Positions 12,906-25,578 of a stretch of DNA of 64,000 nucleotides are shown here, piece by piece. The stretch is from Eledone cirrhosa (lineage: Eukaryota). How positions within the stretch are numbered: position 1 is the stretch's first letter; the number at the start of each line of letters is the position of its first letter. A program made the translations under genes and the position numbers. The notes under the pieces were generated by a model that made no database searches, was not told where the DNA came from, and was given only the letters and a program-made list of their open reading frames with translations. The stretch is taken from positions 218,674,001 to 218,738,000 of the forward strand of contig OZ024740.1 in NCBI GenBank assembly GCA_964016885.1, read 5' to 3'.

Positions 12906-13203
12906 AGATTTGAATGGATACAGTTTAGTTAAAAGGAATTTATTGACACGTGTTTCTATAACAGTTACATAACCTGAAAACAGCTGCTATCTACAAAGTA
13001 TTAGTTATGTAGACATTCAATATTTCAATGTTATTATCAACTGTCATTCCGATGAAATGACAGTTGATAATAACATTGAAATATTGAATGTCTGCATAAC
13101 TAATACTTTGTAGATAGCAGCTGTTTTCAGGTTATGTAACTGTTATAGAAACACGTGTCAATAAATTCCTTTTAACTAAACTGTATCCATTCAAATCTTT
13201 CTA
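12901..13203. repeat. Long palindrome (148-bp arms, 7-nt spacer), probably an inverted Penelope pseudo-LTR fragment
   Basis: 12901-13048 is the reverse complement of 13056-13203 with one mismatch seen; spacer is CCGATGA; the right arm continues as unique sequence to about 13315; (TA)n on both sides. Confidence 0.9.
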
Positions 13204-13311
13204 TTTTTCTCCGGATTACTTTTGGAACTACAACTGGAACCGTCGAGCAAACTCTACGTGAGCTGTCCATCTACTGTGTGTAATATTTATATTACAACAC
13301 TACGGAAAATA

Positions 13312-13379
<68 letters not shown>

Positions 13380-13386
<7 letters not shown>

Positions 13387-13591
13387 GCTTTCACCATATT
13401 TTAGACTAAAGAAATTTCTAGCCTGATAGTGGGGTTTATAACCCTTGGAGAAATGGAAAAAGATGAGTGTTGCCGTACATGTACGGCAACATGTACGGCA
13501 ACACTCATCTTTTTCCATTTCTCCGAGGGTTATAAACCCCACTATCAGGCTAGAAATTTCTTTAGTCTCAAATATGGTGAAAGCTTATAAT
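13380..13591. repeat. Second long palindrome (about 103-bp arms, 6-nt spacer)
   Basis: 13380-13482 is the reverse complement of 13489-13591 with two mismatches seen; the centre has a duplicated ACATGTACGGCA. Confidence 0.9.
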
Positions 13592-13812
13592 TTCTAATTT
13601 CTAATTTCAAACTCGCGCACCGTTTCAAAAACATACTTACATGTTTACGTTTATAATTTGCTTCTATATATATATGTATATATATATATAGAGAGATAGA
13701 TAGTAATAATAATAAATTTGAAGACTAAAATCCAAAGAGGGCTTGATAAGGATAAATATATACCAAATATATAAGAACCTTAGAGCAAATATTTATTAAA
13801 ATAACAGATTAA

Positions 13813-13863
13813 AGTTTAAGCAAAGAATCGCTGCTTTCACCCTTAACGAGATCTTCTGAAACT
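13813..13863 (-). ncRNA. Hammerhead-like motif in the 3' region of the Penelope-like element (core U4-to-A variant)
   Basis: Minus strand AGTTT-CAGAAGA-TCTCGTTAAGGGT-GAA-AGCA-GCGATTCTT-TGCT-T-AAACT: stem I 5 bp, stem II 3 bp, stem III 4 bp. Confidence 0.55.
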
Positions 13864-13941
13864 AACAAAGTCAATCTGTGAACGCAGAAGTGAATATTTC
13901 AAAAAACGTTGCAACCGGAGGAAGACAGGAAGACGATACTT

Positions 13942-14218
13942 TGGTTCGTAGAAACGTTCCCTGGCAAAGAACGGGAAAAAACGAATATAATACGTCATTA
14001 TTTGGAGCGGTGAAAAACAATTACGCGCAAAGACAAAACCACGTTTATGGTATAAAAGAAGTCGTAGACTAATATTCTATCAGGTGGTTCATAGAGACGT
14101 TCTCTGGCAATGAACGGAAAAAACGAAGATAATACATCATATGTGGAGCGTGGAGAACAATTGCACGCAAAGACAAAACCACGTAAATGGTATAACTGAA
14201 GTCGTAGACTAACATTCT
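13942..14218. repeat. Two diverged tandem copies of an approximately 140-bp unit
   Basis: TGGTTCGTAGAAACGTTCCCTGGCAA...GAAGTCGTAGACTAATATTCTA is repeated from about 14084 to 14218. Confidence 0.85.
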
Positions 14219-14791
14219 AACTAGGAAACCGAATGATTCTTGGCTTGAGAGTTAAGAATAAAGTAAATAAAATACAGAGGTAATTGAAATTAAATAAATA
14301 CATACACGCATCCATATACGTAACACACAAGCATACGCAAAAATACTCGCCATAGGTATACAAATACACGCACATATATATATGTGTGTGTGTGTGTGTG
14401 TGCGTGTATACAAATAATTAAATAAACGTACATAAATAAATACGTATATAACAAGCGCACACACATACCTACATGTAAATACACATATGTTTGGAGACGT
14501 ACGTCAACCAAAACACGAAGTACACATATACACACACACCTTACATACGTACGAACCTGCATACTCACACAGACGCAAAACTCACGTATACACATAACCA
14601 AAAGCATATGTACCAGAATATATAAAATATACGCCATAACATATACAATCAAATATACATACGAGAAAGTATACGTACTTTTACAAAACATACAGGTAAT
14701 ATATACTTACCTATACAAATAAGTAATGGTATAAACATAACATATACTTAGCTACCACATCAAGACATAAAATATCCGCGTATAGATCGTA

Positions 14792-16677
14792 CTATCCGTT
14801 AGGGTATAATGTGGGGCTGTAATACAGGAAAATTTTGTGCAATTTATGTTTACAAGCCGAAATTGTCTCAGATTTTTTGTTTAAGATGTGGTCTTTGGCG
14901 TAGAGTATTTCCAGGGCCTCAGCGACGCAGAGGTCACATGGTCTTTTATTTCCGTTATACGATCTAGCCCTAGCTAGGATCTCCCAGTGTAACTTATATT
15001 GGGTGTGGTTGTCTTTTAGACTCCAGATATAAGCTGAAAGTGACGTCATATTCTTTCTTAAAGGGTAATGAAAAGAATGGGTATGCATGTAAAGACGCTG
15101 CTTGAATCTATTGGCGGTTAACCCTATGTAGACCCTACGGGATGTGGGTGTTTCAACCTTACATTTGTAGACAAAGTTACTAGAGAGGCATTTCCCAGAT
15201 AGGGGGAAGTCAACTCGATTCCTACAATTACAGTTAGTACTAGCTACAGGGTTGCACGTGTTCCTACGGCTAGGTAGTTTAGCTAAATTTGAAGCTGTGA
15301 TGTTATGTGCAAGGTTAGGAGTCGTAGAGTAAGAAATTTTAATAGTATTTCTATTAAAAATTTTACTATATTTATGTGTAGGGGGAAAATGCTTCATAAT
15401 AAGGGAGAGAAAGATCTTAGCTAATGGTGTGGCCACCTCCATATTATATGGTGGGTTATACCATATAATGCGTCGGGATCTATTTCTTCTAAGTCTATTC
15501 TCGTACTCTGTATATGCTACCTTATCGACAAATCCACTCCGAGTAAGAGCTTCATTGTAATATGTGGAATGATTGGTGATAATATGCTCGTTAGTATATA
15601 GACGGGAAAGCCTCAAAGAAACGTTTCTTACCAGGTTCTTGGTTATGCTGGCAGGATGGTTAGAATGCTTACTTATGTAATTAAGCGTATAATTTGGCTT
15701 TCTATATGGGTAATACAAGCCATTCGATAAATTGAGGGTAACGTCGAGGTAATTAACGACCGAGAGGTTGAAGCCTTTAAAGAAGGCTGTGAGTTCTTTT
15801 CTGAACCTGTCGCAAGCACGTGGGCCGCACTTAGTCATGGTCAAAAGACCATCATCATGGTACAAACCACCACCCACATAGGGGAATTCGTCCTTGATAG
15901 AAAAAAGAAAGAAAAGGCCAATAAGATCAGTAACCTCCGCAGAATTGCTGGCGCCCATACTCACGTCGAATGGGGTACTATTAGATTTTTTAATCCAAAG
16001 AGAGTTGTCGAAATTAATCACCGACTTACGAGCATTGAGGATGACATCAACTTTGAAATCCTTAACCACTGTGAGTGTTTTAGCGAAATTGATAGCTCTA
16101 AGGAGAAGTGGTAAAGTGATGGAGGAGTAGTAATTATTGATGTCGAATTGGATAAACCGGTAATGTTCCTTGTTGCATATGCCGTTGAACCAAAAATCAC
16201 CGCAAAAGAATTGTTCCACAGTGCAAGAGGGGCCAAACTTCTAATTCTATCAAGAATCCTTTTACTAAGTCTACCTAAATCGGACTTCGTAGGGTTAATA
16301 AGCCGATTAGAGGGGTTGTTCGGAAAATTGGATTTGTGATCCTTCAGGGTAAAGTGGGGAGAAATAGGGTCCAGAGGTTCGGTCCGGTCCAGGATGTTGA
16401 GATTAGAGGTGATTTTAAACCCAGCATCGTTGATTTCATTGATGACGCACCAATTACTTTTACGGTAATCCTTAGTTACAGCATTATGTATTAGTTGATG
16501 GTAAGTACTGCGCTCCACTTGATATAGGTTGCCAGTTTTGTCGGAATGGACGTGCACGGCATTAGAATCCTTAATAGAACGAATTCTATTCTTCAGGTCC
16601 TGCTGGAAGGAATTGCTCCTATTCTGAAATTTGATACTCCGTATGAGTTCCAAGACATCATTTTCGAAGGGTAGCAA
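14792..16677 (-). pseudogene. Penelope-like RT / GIY-YIG endonuclease polyprotein, one frameshift near 16195
   Basis: SDKTGNLY, TLKDHK..F..NP..RLINP (ORF 16018-16677), then FIQFDI..YYSSI, DVSMGA, GLYHDDGL, NYLDVTL, IIWYNPPY, NCNCR, VYIGLT..FKQR, CDLC..E (ORF 14792-16219). Confidence 0.9.
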
Positions 16678-16726
16678 TGCTGGGTTACACGGAGGGTTAT
16701 TATAGGTTTTAAACCCAAATTTATCC

Positions 16727-17020
16727 TGAGTTCAATTCTCAGACCGGGTGATGTGTTGTTTCCTTGAGCAAGACACTTTATTTCACATTGCTCCAGTTTA
16801 CTCAGCTGTAGAAATGAGATGATAGGGACTGGGGTCCCTATCATTCCACTGCAAAATGGTCGTGGAGGTGCCACGGCAAAAAAGCACCCAGCACTCACTG
16901 TAAATGAGGTTGGTGTTAGGAAGGGCATCCAGCTGTAGAAATCAAGCCAGAATCAGTTCCCGTCCCACCCTTGCAAGCAGGGAAAAGCGGACGTAAAAAT
17001 GAAATGAAATGAAATGATGA
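16727..17020 (+). mobile_element. SINE family A, 5'-truncated at the B-box, abutting the broken 5' end of the Penelope ORF
   Basis: Near-identical to 24395-24686; (GAAAT)n tail. Confidence 0.88.
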
Positions 17021-19829
17021 ATATATGTAAACGGTAAACAGAAATAACAACACAATTGGTACAGTATATGGAAGGAATATATTAGGTTAATGCTTGAAAT
17101 AGCAGGAAGAGGGTCTTAACATTTCGCACTATATATATATATGGAGGATAGAGAGAGAACCATAATCATTTAAGTGCTTAGAGCCTCAAAAGAACTTAAT
17201 CTGGCCCTACTGGTACTGGAGCAAAATACAAAGTTAGACCTAAAGCGATTTGAACCTACATAGACAGAGGATTTAAGTAGAAGGTAAAGACCTCAGTCAT
17301 TATTAGAGTATAATGGCCCAGCCTTACATGAGTCTTGGGCTCAGTTGGCTCCAGCTGACAGTACTTGGAATGGGCTCCTACACAAGGTTTTGGATTCCCC
17401 CGTGACTTCAAAATTCCAAGTTGATATGCAGTCCACAAAGGAGGAAGGATGAAACCTCAGTAATCAAATTGCTACGGGAACAATATCACCTGATTTCCCA
17501 TGGGGAGATGGAGGAACTAAAACTACGGGTAAGACATAGAGTCTAAATTGTGTCTTAAGCCATGAGGCTCATCAGGCCGGTGCTTATTCCATATATGGTA
17601 TGGTATGGTATGGTATCGTATCGTATGGTATGGCCGTGTAACTCCTGATGGAGTTGTAGGGGCATCATATTGACATACAGTGTTTCTTGGGCATTTTAAG
17701 CCTGGCAGAGCCCATCCCTCTCCAGGACTGAGTATAGCAAATTTCTTCCAGGCCTCAGATTGGTAAGAGAAATGAGGGTGATGATATGACAGTCATGTAT
17801 TTCCTGTGAATATAAAGAAGAAATAATGTCATAGATGTGCCCTATCACTTCTACATTCACTCATATTAGAATGTAACTAGCCTATGTCCAGAAACCTACT
17901 GATGTTTATCTATCAAGAATATATAGAATACAGAAATGATTATGTAAAATTGCCACTATGCTTCTGTTACAACTGCTACAAAAAATATTATTACAATTCA
18001 ACACAAAGTTCTCATTATTGTTACCCTTGTCTCACTAATACCATTACACTACAGAGTTTCATTACTAGATGAAAACATTTTAGAGAAACTTCCAGAGAAA
18101 GCTAGAAAGAGAGGAAGTCAGAAAAAGATATAGAGGAAGAATCGACCCCAGTACTAGACTGGAACTTTTCTTATCAACCTCGAAAGGATAAAAGGTAAAA
18201 TTGACCATGGCGGGATTTTAACTCAGAGAGCAGAGAGCTGGAACGAATACCATAAAGCATTCTATCCAACGTTCTAACAACTCTGCCAATTCGCCGAATC
18301 ATATATAGTTGCAAAGAAAACATCTTAATCTTACAACCATTACAACCATGCCTGTATTTATTGCTTTACTTTGTGGTTTGATTTCTCGCCTTGGAGTATG
18401 TTTTTATAATTGTTTCTTATACAAGGAAATGACATAGAATTTAAGATTATTTGCTTCTCAATCTCTGTGTGAAAATATTCTATGTTGAATGTTATATATG
18501 GAAGGTATGTGAAGACAATGGTAATAACAGTTCTCTACACTGCAACATTAAATTAGCTATATATTTTCTGAATGAGAACAACTATTTTACACACAAACCA
18601 ATTCCTGAACAGGTAGGGTAAATATATGTCCAATTGTTAGAATTTAATATTCTCAGACCTGCATGATTTGTAAATATTTTATAAAATTCATAATTCTTTG
18701 TATAACTGAAAATAAAATACAGAAAAATCTAAATTGAAAAGAGAAATCATTTTAAGTCTGCGTTTTCTGGCAAATTTGCAAATATTTTCTCAAAAAGAAC
18801 ATTTGTTTGGCATTCTGTCAAGAAACATATAAGAATCTTTTCTTCTTTTTTAATTTTATCATTAAAATAAATTGTATTTACAAATAATTCTTCGAAAGAC
18901 TCAACATAACGAAAATATTAACATTACTTAGTTTTTGTAACTTGTTTATAGAATTATGAAGGCAGAATAGAGAATTCGTTTTGGTTAACTCTTTTGTTAC
19001 CATACTTCTAATAAAAAAAACACTGCTTATAATATTCAAATCATTTTGAAAATAATCAATTTGGTGGGATTTAGTAAAATAACTATTTCCATTATTAAAC
19101 AGCTGTTTAGAACATAACTCAACAAAGCTTCTTACATAATATGATGAAAGGATTTTAGATAATTAATAGACATTTCAAAATAAACAGTTTTGTCTCATAG
19201 AACCAGTGGCAGTTTCAGGTAGTTTGGTATCAAATGGAATAAACATTGAAATTTACTTTTTTATGCTGTGTCAATGGCTTCCAAATAATTTTTTTTTAAC
19301 TCCATAAGAGGAAGAATCAGTATCCCTGACCTTCCCAAGGTCTTTGTGACTAGCTTTGGGGTGTGGGGTGGAAAGGGGGACAGAAAGTATGACTCATGAA
19401 TTGCTGTAGTAGGAAGCAGCGCATGATGTTGTCTTCAAAATGGAGGCCTGGGTTGAATGTTTTTAACAGAATGGGCTCTTTTAAATGAACCCAAGGGCTA
19501 AATGGTGGTATTAAACCAGGTAACAAATTAGATTTACCTCAAACGTTTATCTTCCTGGTTTTTTTTCTGAGATAAAGTAATTTTTCAAACTTTAATAAAC
19601 AAAGGGAATTGCAGTGTTTCATACAAATGTTTCATAGTCCCGGCAGACAAAATGTTGAGTTTCCCTAGAGGACAGCAACGAAGATGTCTTGAAAGAGTTC
19701 TTCCATCTCCAGCGATTGGTCTCAAGGTTATTCATTATAAGATGACATAATTTATTATTTGTCTTGGCTGAAATTTAATTGTAAAGGAAAATTATCTTTC
19801 CTCAAACTACACCAGTCTCTATTGCTGAT

Positions 19830-20210
19830 ACTAGTGTTGTTGTTGTTACTACTGCTACTGTTGATGTTACTGTTGCTGTTATGGTTACTGCTGTTAATGT
19901 TCCTGCTGCTGTTAATGTTACTGTTGTTTTTGTTGTTACTGTTATTGCTTATGCAGTTATCGTTGTTACTGGTGTTGTTGTTGTTACTGCTGTTGTTTTT
20001 GTTGTTGTTACTGTTATTGCTGTTGTTGTTACTGCTGGTGTTACTACCATTGCTAATTCTGTTACTGTTATTGCTAATCCTTTTACTGTTATTGCTAATT
20101 CTGTTACTGTTATTGCTAATTCTGTTACTGTTATTGTTGCTGTTGTTGTTGTTGCTATTGATATTGTTGTTGTTGTTGTTGTTGTTGTTGCTGTTACTGT
20201 TATTATTAAC
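19830..20210. repeat. Low-complexity (GTT/CTG/TTA) trinucleotide array with 21-bp subrepeats
   Basis: Seen directly; source of the poly-N, poly-L and poly-V ORFs. Confidence 0.9.
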
Positions 20211-23200
20211 TCCTGGTCGGCCTATTACTAAACAGACCTTATGATCAATGACATTCCAGTTATGCCCACACAGTCTTATATTCAAACATAATGTATCACA
20301 TACTATATTATCCAGTTTATCCTTCCTGACAGTAGAGTGTGATTTGAAGTAAATTAGCCTACTATTTTTAACAAATCAAGTAATCATATAGAGGATCCCT
20401 CATTGGTTAATCGTCTGTCTTTCCTTTCTTAAGGCTATAGTAGAAGACATATGCCAAAGGTGTAAACCTGAAACCATGTGTTAGCAAAGTGAACTCCTTA
20501 ACCACACAGTCACGTATTTATTTATATTTTATTTGAAGTATTTGATTCTTGAGATACTGTAAAGTTCACAAAGATAATACTGAAGGTGCAGTCATATCAT
20601 CATCATCATCACCATCATCATCATTTTATGTCCACTTTTCCCTGCTTGCAAGGGTGGGACGGGTCTTATTTAGCACAGCATCTCTCCACTTGTCACAGTC
20701 CTTCGTCATCTCCACTGTGAGCTTCAGTGATCTGAGGTCTGTTCTCACCACCTCTGCTCATGTTTTTCATGTTTTTCTCTACCACATCTTCCTTCAACTG
20801 GTATTCATATGTGTTTAACAAAAATATTCTCTTCTATGACTGCACCTACAGTACTATTGTTGTTGATTTTACACCACCTCAAGATTGGGAAATGCTTCAG
20901 AGAAAACTAATAGAATTTCTAAAGAAATCACATATATATTTTTTCTTTTGAAATTGTATTTTCTGTATTTCTATTTTATATTTTTGATATACACTTTGTT
21001 ACACATTACTGTGTGTATCCAGTGTGTGTATCCAGGGTGTGAATCCAGTTTAGAATAGATACATCATATCATTGCATGTTATAAGAGGTGACTATGATGG
21101 TTGGTGTCAGGAAGGGTATCCGACTGTAAAAATACCCCATGAGGAATATGAAATCTGTCATGGGGCCCAGGAGACCTAAACTTTGCTTTTGCAGGGAAAA
21201 TGGCCTTAAAACACTTATTGTTATTTTGTTATGCACTTGAGAGTTGTTATCTATTATTTTTATCTTTATGTCAAGAAGTGAACGTGCTCAAGAAAGAGCT
21301 ACATTCATTTATCCATGAAGAATGTTTGTCCTTGAGACAAGTTTATTGTTATTGAAAATAGTAAATGTATTGGAAGCTGATCTCATTCTAATATGAAAGA
21401 TAAACTGGATCACTTGAGCTGAGTTTGAATAGTGGTATTAAAACCTTTGATCCTGATCATGCATTATTAATCAACTCTGCTTCTAGCTATTGTGTAGTTT
21501 AGAAATTGAAAACGTAATCTTTCTCTAATATTATTCTGCTATGGCAAGACCATTCTTTTATAATTTTACTGGTTACAGTCATTAAACTGCAGACATGATG
21601 GGGGTACCACATTCTGGGGTTTTAGACAATTGTATGAAAACCAGTACTTATTTGATAAATCTCTATTGTGAAGCTAAATCTAAGTTGAGACTTGCAATGA
21701 AGTACTGTTCCCTCATCAGGGGCAAGGCTGCTGCTTCACATATAAACTTCCTTGAATGCATTCAAAGAAAAGCCACCTGACTAATTGGGATTCAACTAAA
21801 AGCTGCTTAATTACACACTCCAACATGTGATCCTCAGGTGTGTTGTATCCTCTTTGACCTCTACAATAGTAGCCTCTACTCCTCAAAACTGATTGCTCTT
21901 ATGTCACCACAACTCAGACGATTGCAACTCATCTTTCTTTCTTTTTCCAACTCTGTTGTGTCCATTGTATCCATCCACTCCCTCCGGGCTTCATGCTAAT
22001 CCCCATGTTGAGTTTTTCCTCCACAGAACAATAGCCCATTAGAAAACCCTCCCTCTACATATCACTTATATTTATTAGGCTTCCACGCAATGTCTGTCTA
22101 CCAAACTTCACTTGCTAAAAGTGTCTACAGAGTAGGATCAAACACGAAACAACACTGTTATGAAGCAAACTCCTTAGCTACACAGTAAAATTTAGTAACC
22201 ATTAATGTTTCAATGATGAAGATAAAAATATTTACTTATATCTACCAATGCATATAAATATATGTAGAAAATTATTCCAGAACAGTTTTATGGTTTTTAT
22301 AATCAAACAAAATCAATATTAGTAGTATTTATCATTGGTCAATAAGTGAATAAGTGAATTCAGTAACAGAACCACAAAGACTTGCAGGAAATTTTGCTTC
22401 TATAAGGTCAAATGTCACAGCAATCTATTGTAACATAACAGAATGGTGATTATAGTCTGTGAATGTGTGTGGTGTGTGCATCTTTTGTAAGTGTGTATAT
22501 GGTGTGTGTAGTATGGTGCGTGTGTGTCTGTTGTGTGCATGGTATGTGGTGTGTGTGTGTAGTGGATAGTGTAATGTGCATGTGTGTGTGTGTAGCATGT
22601 ATGGTACATGTGTGTGTATAGTGTATATGATAGTGTCTGTTTGTGTTTAGTATGTATGGTGTGAGTGTAATCGAAATCATTTTTGACATCTTGTTTCCAT
22701 GAAATAAGCTTAAGAAGGAATAAATAAATTTTACATAGTGAATCAAATGAAAAGGTCATTCAGTTGATTCTTTGTGAAAATTGCAGCCAAGTTTAGGTTC
22801 GTACAAAGAATTGCCAGCTGTCGTTCTTTGTAACTCTTTAAGCCATTTCATCTGTACTGTTCTGACAACCTGCATTTAACTTGGTTGGCACTGTCATATG
22901 GTTTGTCTGTATGATCTTTATTCCCAAGCCTTTTCTCTTATGTGCAGAATTAATATAGATAGGCTCAGACATGGCTGTGTGATTAAGGAATTTGCTTTGC
23001 AACCAAATAGCTTTGGTGTTCAATCCCACTGCATAGCATCTTGGGCAAATGCACTTTACTTTATTCTTGGGTTGACCAATTGGAAACAGAGAGAAAGTCC
23101 ACTGTATATGTGTGCATGTGTGTGTGTGTATGTGTATGTGTGTGTGTGTGAATATGTATGTGTGTGTTACTGAAATGAAGATTTACATAAGCACACACAT

Positions 23201-23383
23201 ACATACAATGAACTTCACAGAGTTTCCATCATACAAGGTATTGTTCAGCTCGAATCTTTAGTAGAACACACATGCCCAGTATGCCACGCAGCAGAATCAA
23301 ACACAGAACTACATGCTTTAGAAGCCAACTTCTAAAACACACAGCTTTGTGATGTTCTGTAACTTAGTAGGTTGACAAATAAT

Positions 23384-23564
23384 TGTTTCTACTTTAGGCA
23401 CAAGGCCAGCAATTACCCAGTGCATTATTGGTACTTTATTTTATCGACCCCGTAAGGATGAAAGGCAAAGTCAACCTCGGCGGGATTTGAACTCAGATCG
23501 TAAAGGGACGTAACTATGCTGGAAAGCATGACGTCCGACCCTCTACCGATACTGCCAATCCACC
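23384..23564 (-). mobile_element. SINE family B (tRNA-like head, Meta/MESC-like core)
   Basis: 17-bp TSD GTAGGTTGACAAATAAT at 23367-23383 and 23565-23581; core GCCTTTCATCCTTACGGGGTCGATAAAATAAAGTACC. Confidence 0.9.
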
Positions 23565-23902
23565 GTAGGTTGACAAATAATGTTCAATAAAATAAGTAGC
23601 AGACTTGCAGAAATAAGTTCTGGTGTCGATATTATCAACTGGATCACTTGAAGGCAATCCCCTGCATTGCTGCAGTCTAATGATTCCAACCAGTAAACGA
23701 ATAAAAGAATATATTTCTGAGATAGGCACAAGGGCAGCATTTTTAGGTGGAAGAGCATAGATGGTTAATTCAATCCAGTATCTGCTACTTACTATATCAA
23801 CCCTGGAAGAATAAAAGGCAAAGATGATCATATATGATTTAAATTAAGAGATATAATTATGTACTACTATTGAAGTAATTTTGCCTCTCCACCACCCTTT
23901 TA

Positions 23903-23947
<45 letters not shown>

Positions 23948-24136
23948 GTTTAGGTATCTTAACGCCCAGTTACTGTAGGTTCACCAGAGTGAGCACTCAA
24001 CGAGCTTTTGATTTTAGAGTCGAGCCAGATCGATACAGATGGAACCTTGAGCTGATCAATTGCGAAACATGTATCACAGCTCAATAAATGTAATGAAGAT
24101 CTAACACTTCATCCTTTTTATTATTAATTTATATAA

Positions 24137-24325
24137 GGGCGGTGGATTGACAGTATCGGTAGAGGGTCGGACGCCATGCTTTGACGCATAGAGTTACGGC
24201 CCTTGCCATTGTGAGTTCAAATCCCGCCCAGGTTAACTTTGCCTTTCATCCTTATGGGGTTGATAAAATAAAGTACCAGTAATGTACTGGGTAATTGCTG
24301 GCCTTGTGCCAAAAGTAGAAACAAT
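24137..24325 (+). mobile_element. SINE family B, full length
   Basis: B-box GAGTTCAAATCCC; TSD ATTATTAATTTATA at 24120-24133 and 24324-24337. Confidence 0.9.
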
Positions 24326-24343
24326 TATTAATTTATAAACATG

Positions 24344-24686
24344 TGGAGGCACATGGCTTAGTGGTTAGAGCATTGGCCTTGCAATCGGATGGTTGTGAGT
24401 TCAATTCTCAGACCGGGTGATGTGTTGTTTCCTTGAGCAAGAAACTTTATTTCACATTGCTCCAGTTTCCTCAGCTGTAGAAATGAGATGATAGGGACTG
24501 GGGTCCATATCATTCCACTGCAAAGTGGTCGTGGAGGTGCCACGGCAAAAAAGCACCCAGCACTCACTGTAAATGAGGTTGGTGTTAGGAAGGGCATCCA
24601 GCTGTAGAAATCAAGCCAGCATCAGTTCCCGTCCCACCCTTGCAAGCAGGGAAAAGTGGACGTAAAATGAAATGAAATGAAATGAA
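24344..24686 (+). mobile_element. SINE family A, full length (tRNA head, CCTTGAGCAAG core, RTE-derived tail)
   Basis: A-box TGGCTTAGTGG, B-box GAGTTCAATTC; tail TGTTAGGAAGGGCATCCAGC..TAGAAA is shared with the RTE 3' UTR. Confidence 0.9.
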
Positions 24687-25532
24687 ACAAAGGATTGTCA
24701 GTTGTGTCAAGGACACGACAACTTCCCTTGTATTGATGATCTACATAATAAAAGCACCCAGTACATGCTGTGAAGTGGTTGGTGATAGGAAGGATATCCA
24801 GCCATAGAAAGCTTGCCAAACAAAGAGTTGGGAGGATGCTTCAGTTGTGGCAAAGACATGACAACCTCTTTTGTGCACCTAGTAGAATGTGAGTCTATTT
24901 GTAAACAAGATGTAGCCCTGCTTCAGTACTGACTTGGTCTATGTAAACCCATCCAACCCTTGCTAACAGGGAAAGCAAATGTTAAACGATTATAATAATG
25001 ATGATAGTGATATCATCCTTATCATCATCACTGTTTAACGTCCATTTTCCGTACCTCATTCTGGCCAAATTTACAGTCCTGTTGGAGCAAGGTACGTTGT
25101 GCCCAATTTTTGCCTCTCATCTCTCAACAAGGACAACACGTCTGACCTATGCAAACATGGTTACAAGCTGGGCTATATCTTGCTTACGTACAGACTTATA
25201 TATATATATACACACACAGATAAATCCACCAATTAATAGTAGGGTCCAAGCCGTATGAAGAACTCAATGTAATCCATATGTAGAAGATGTTGTGAAGCAA
25301 AGTTTAAAATACAAAATTTCAACGATATAATTCATTGGAAGCAGAGTCAAAATAATACAAATAGTGAAAACAATGAAATTAAACAAAATACGGGTAATTC
25401 ATAGTATATTTTTTACTTAGATCACTAATAGAATGAACATATGGAGAACTACCCCCTAGAAACGATCGTAAAATAATGAGTTTTGCTATGAATTACCCAT
25501 ATTTTGTTTAATTTCATTGTTTTCACTATTTG

Positions 25533-25574
<42 letters not shown>

Positions 25575-25578
<4 letters not shown>

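Larger units (their letters stand above)
13700..16726 (-). mobile_element. Penelope-like retroelement (RT plus C-terminal GIY-YIG, Naiad-like), 5'-truncated
   Basis: Coding region 14792-16677, then a long 3' region with a tandem repeat and a hammerhead-like motif. Boundaries are approximate. Confidence 0.85.

Noticed and set aside
14792-16677. Selenocysteine-encoding Naiad ORF
   Set aside because: Some Naiads use in-frame UGA, but here neither ORF segment is interrupted by TGA and the stop is TAG.
19755-20285. Asn-rich or Leu-rich protein ORFs
   Set aside because: Trinucleotide low-complexity tract open in several frames on both strands.
24040-24090. Minimal hammerhead-like CAGATGG...CGAAACATGTA followed by AATAAA
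   Set aside because: Two core mismatches and no good stem I; possibly a decayed PLE remnant but not supportable.
24344-24420. tRNA-Cys-like gene (GCA in the anticodon position)
   Set aside because: It is the head of a multi-copy SINE; the acceptor stem is not formed and there is no terminator.
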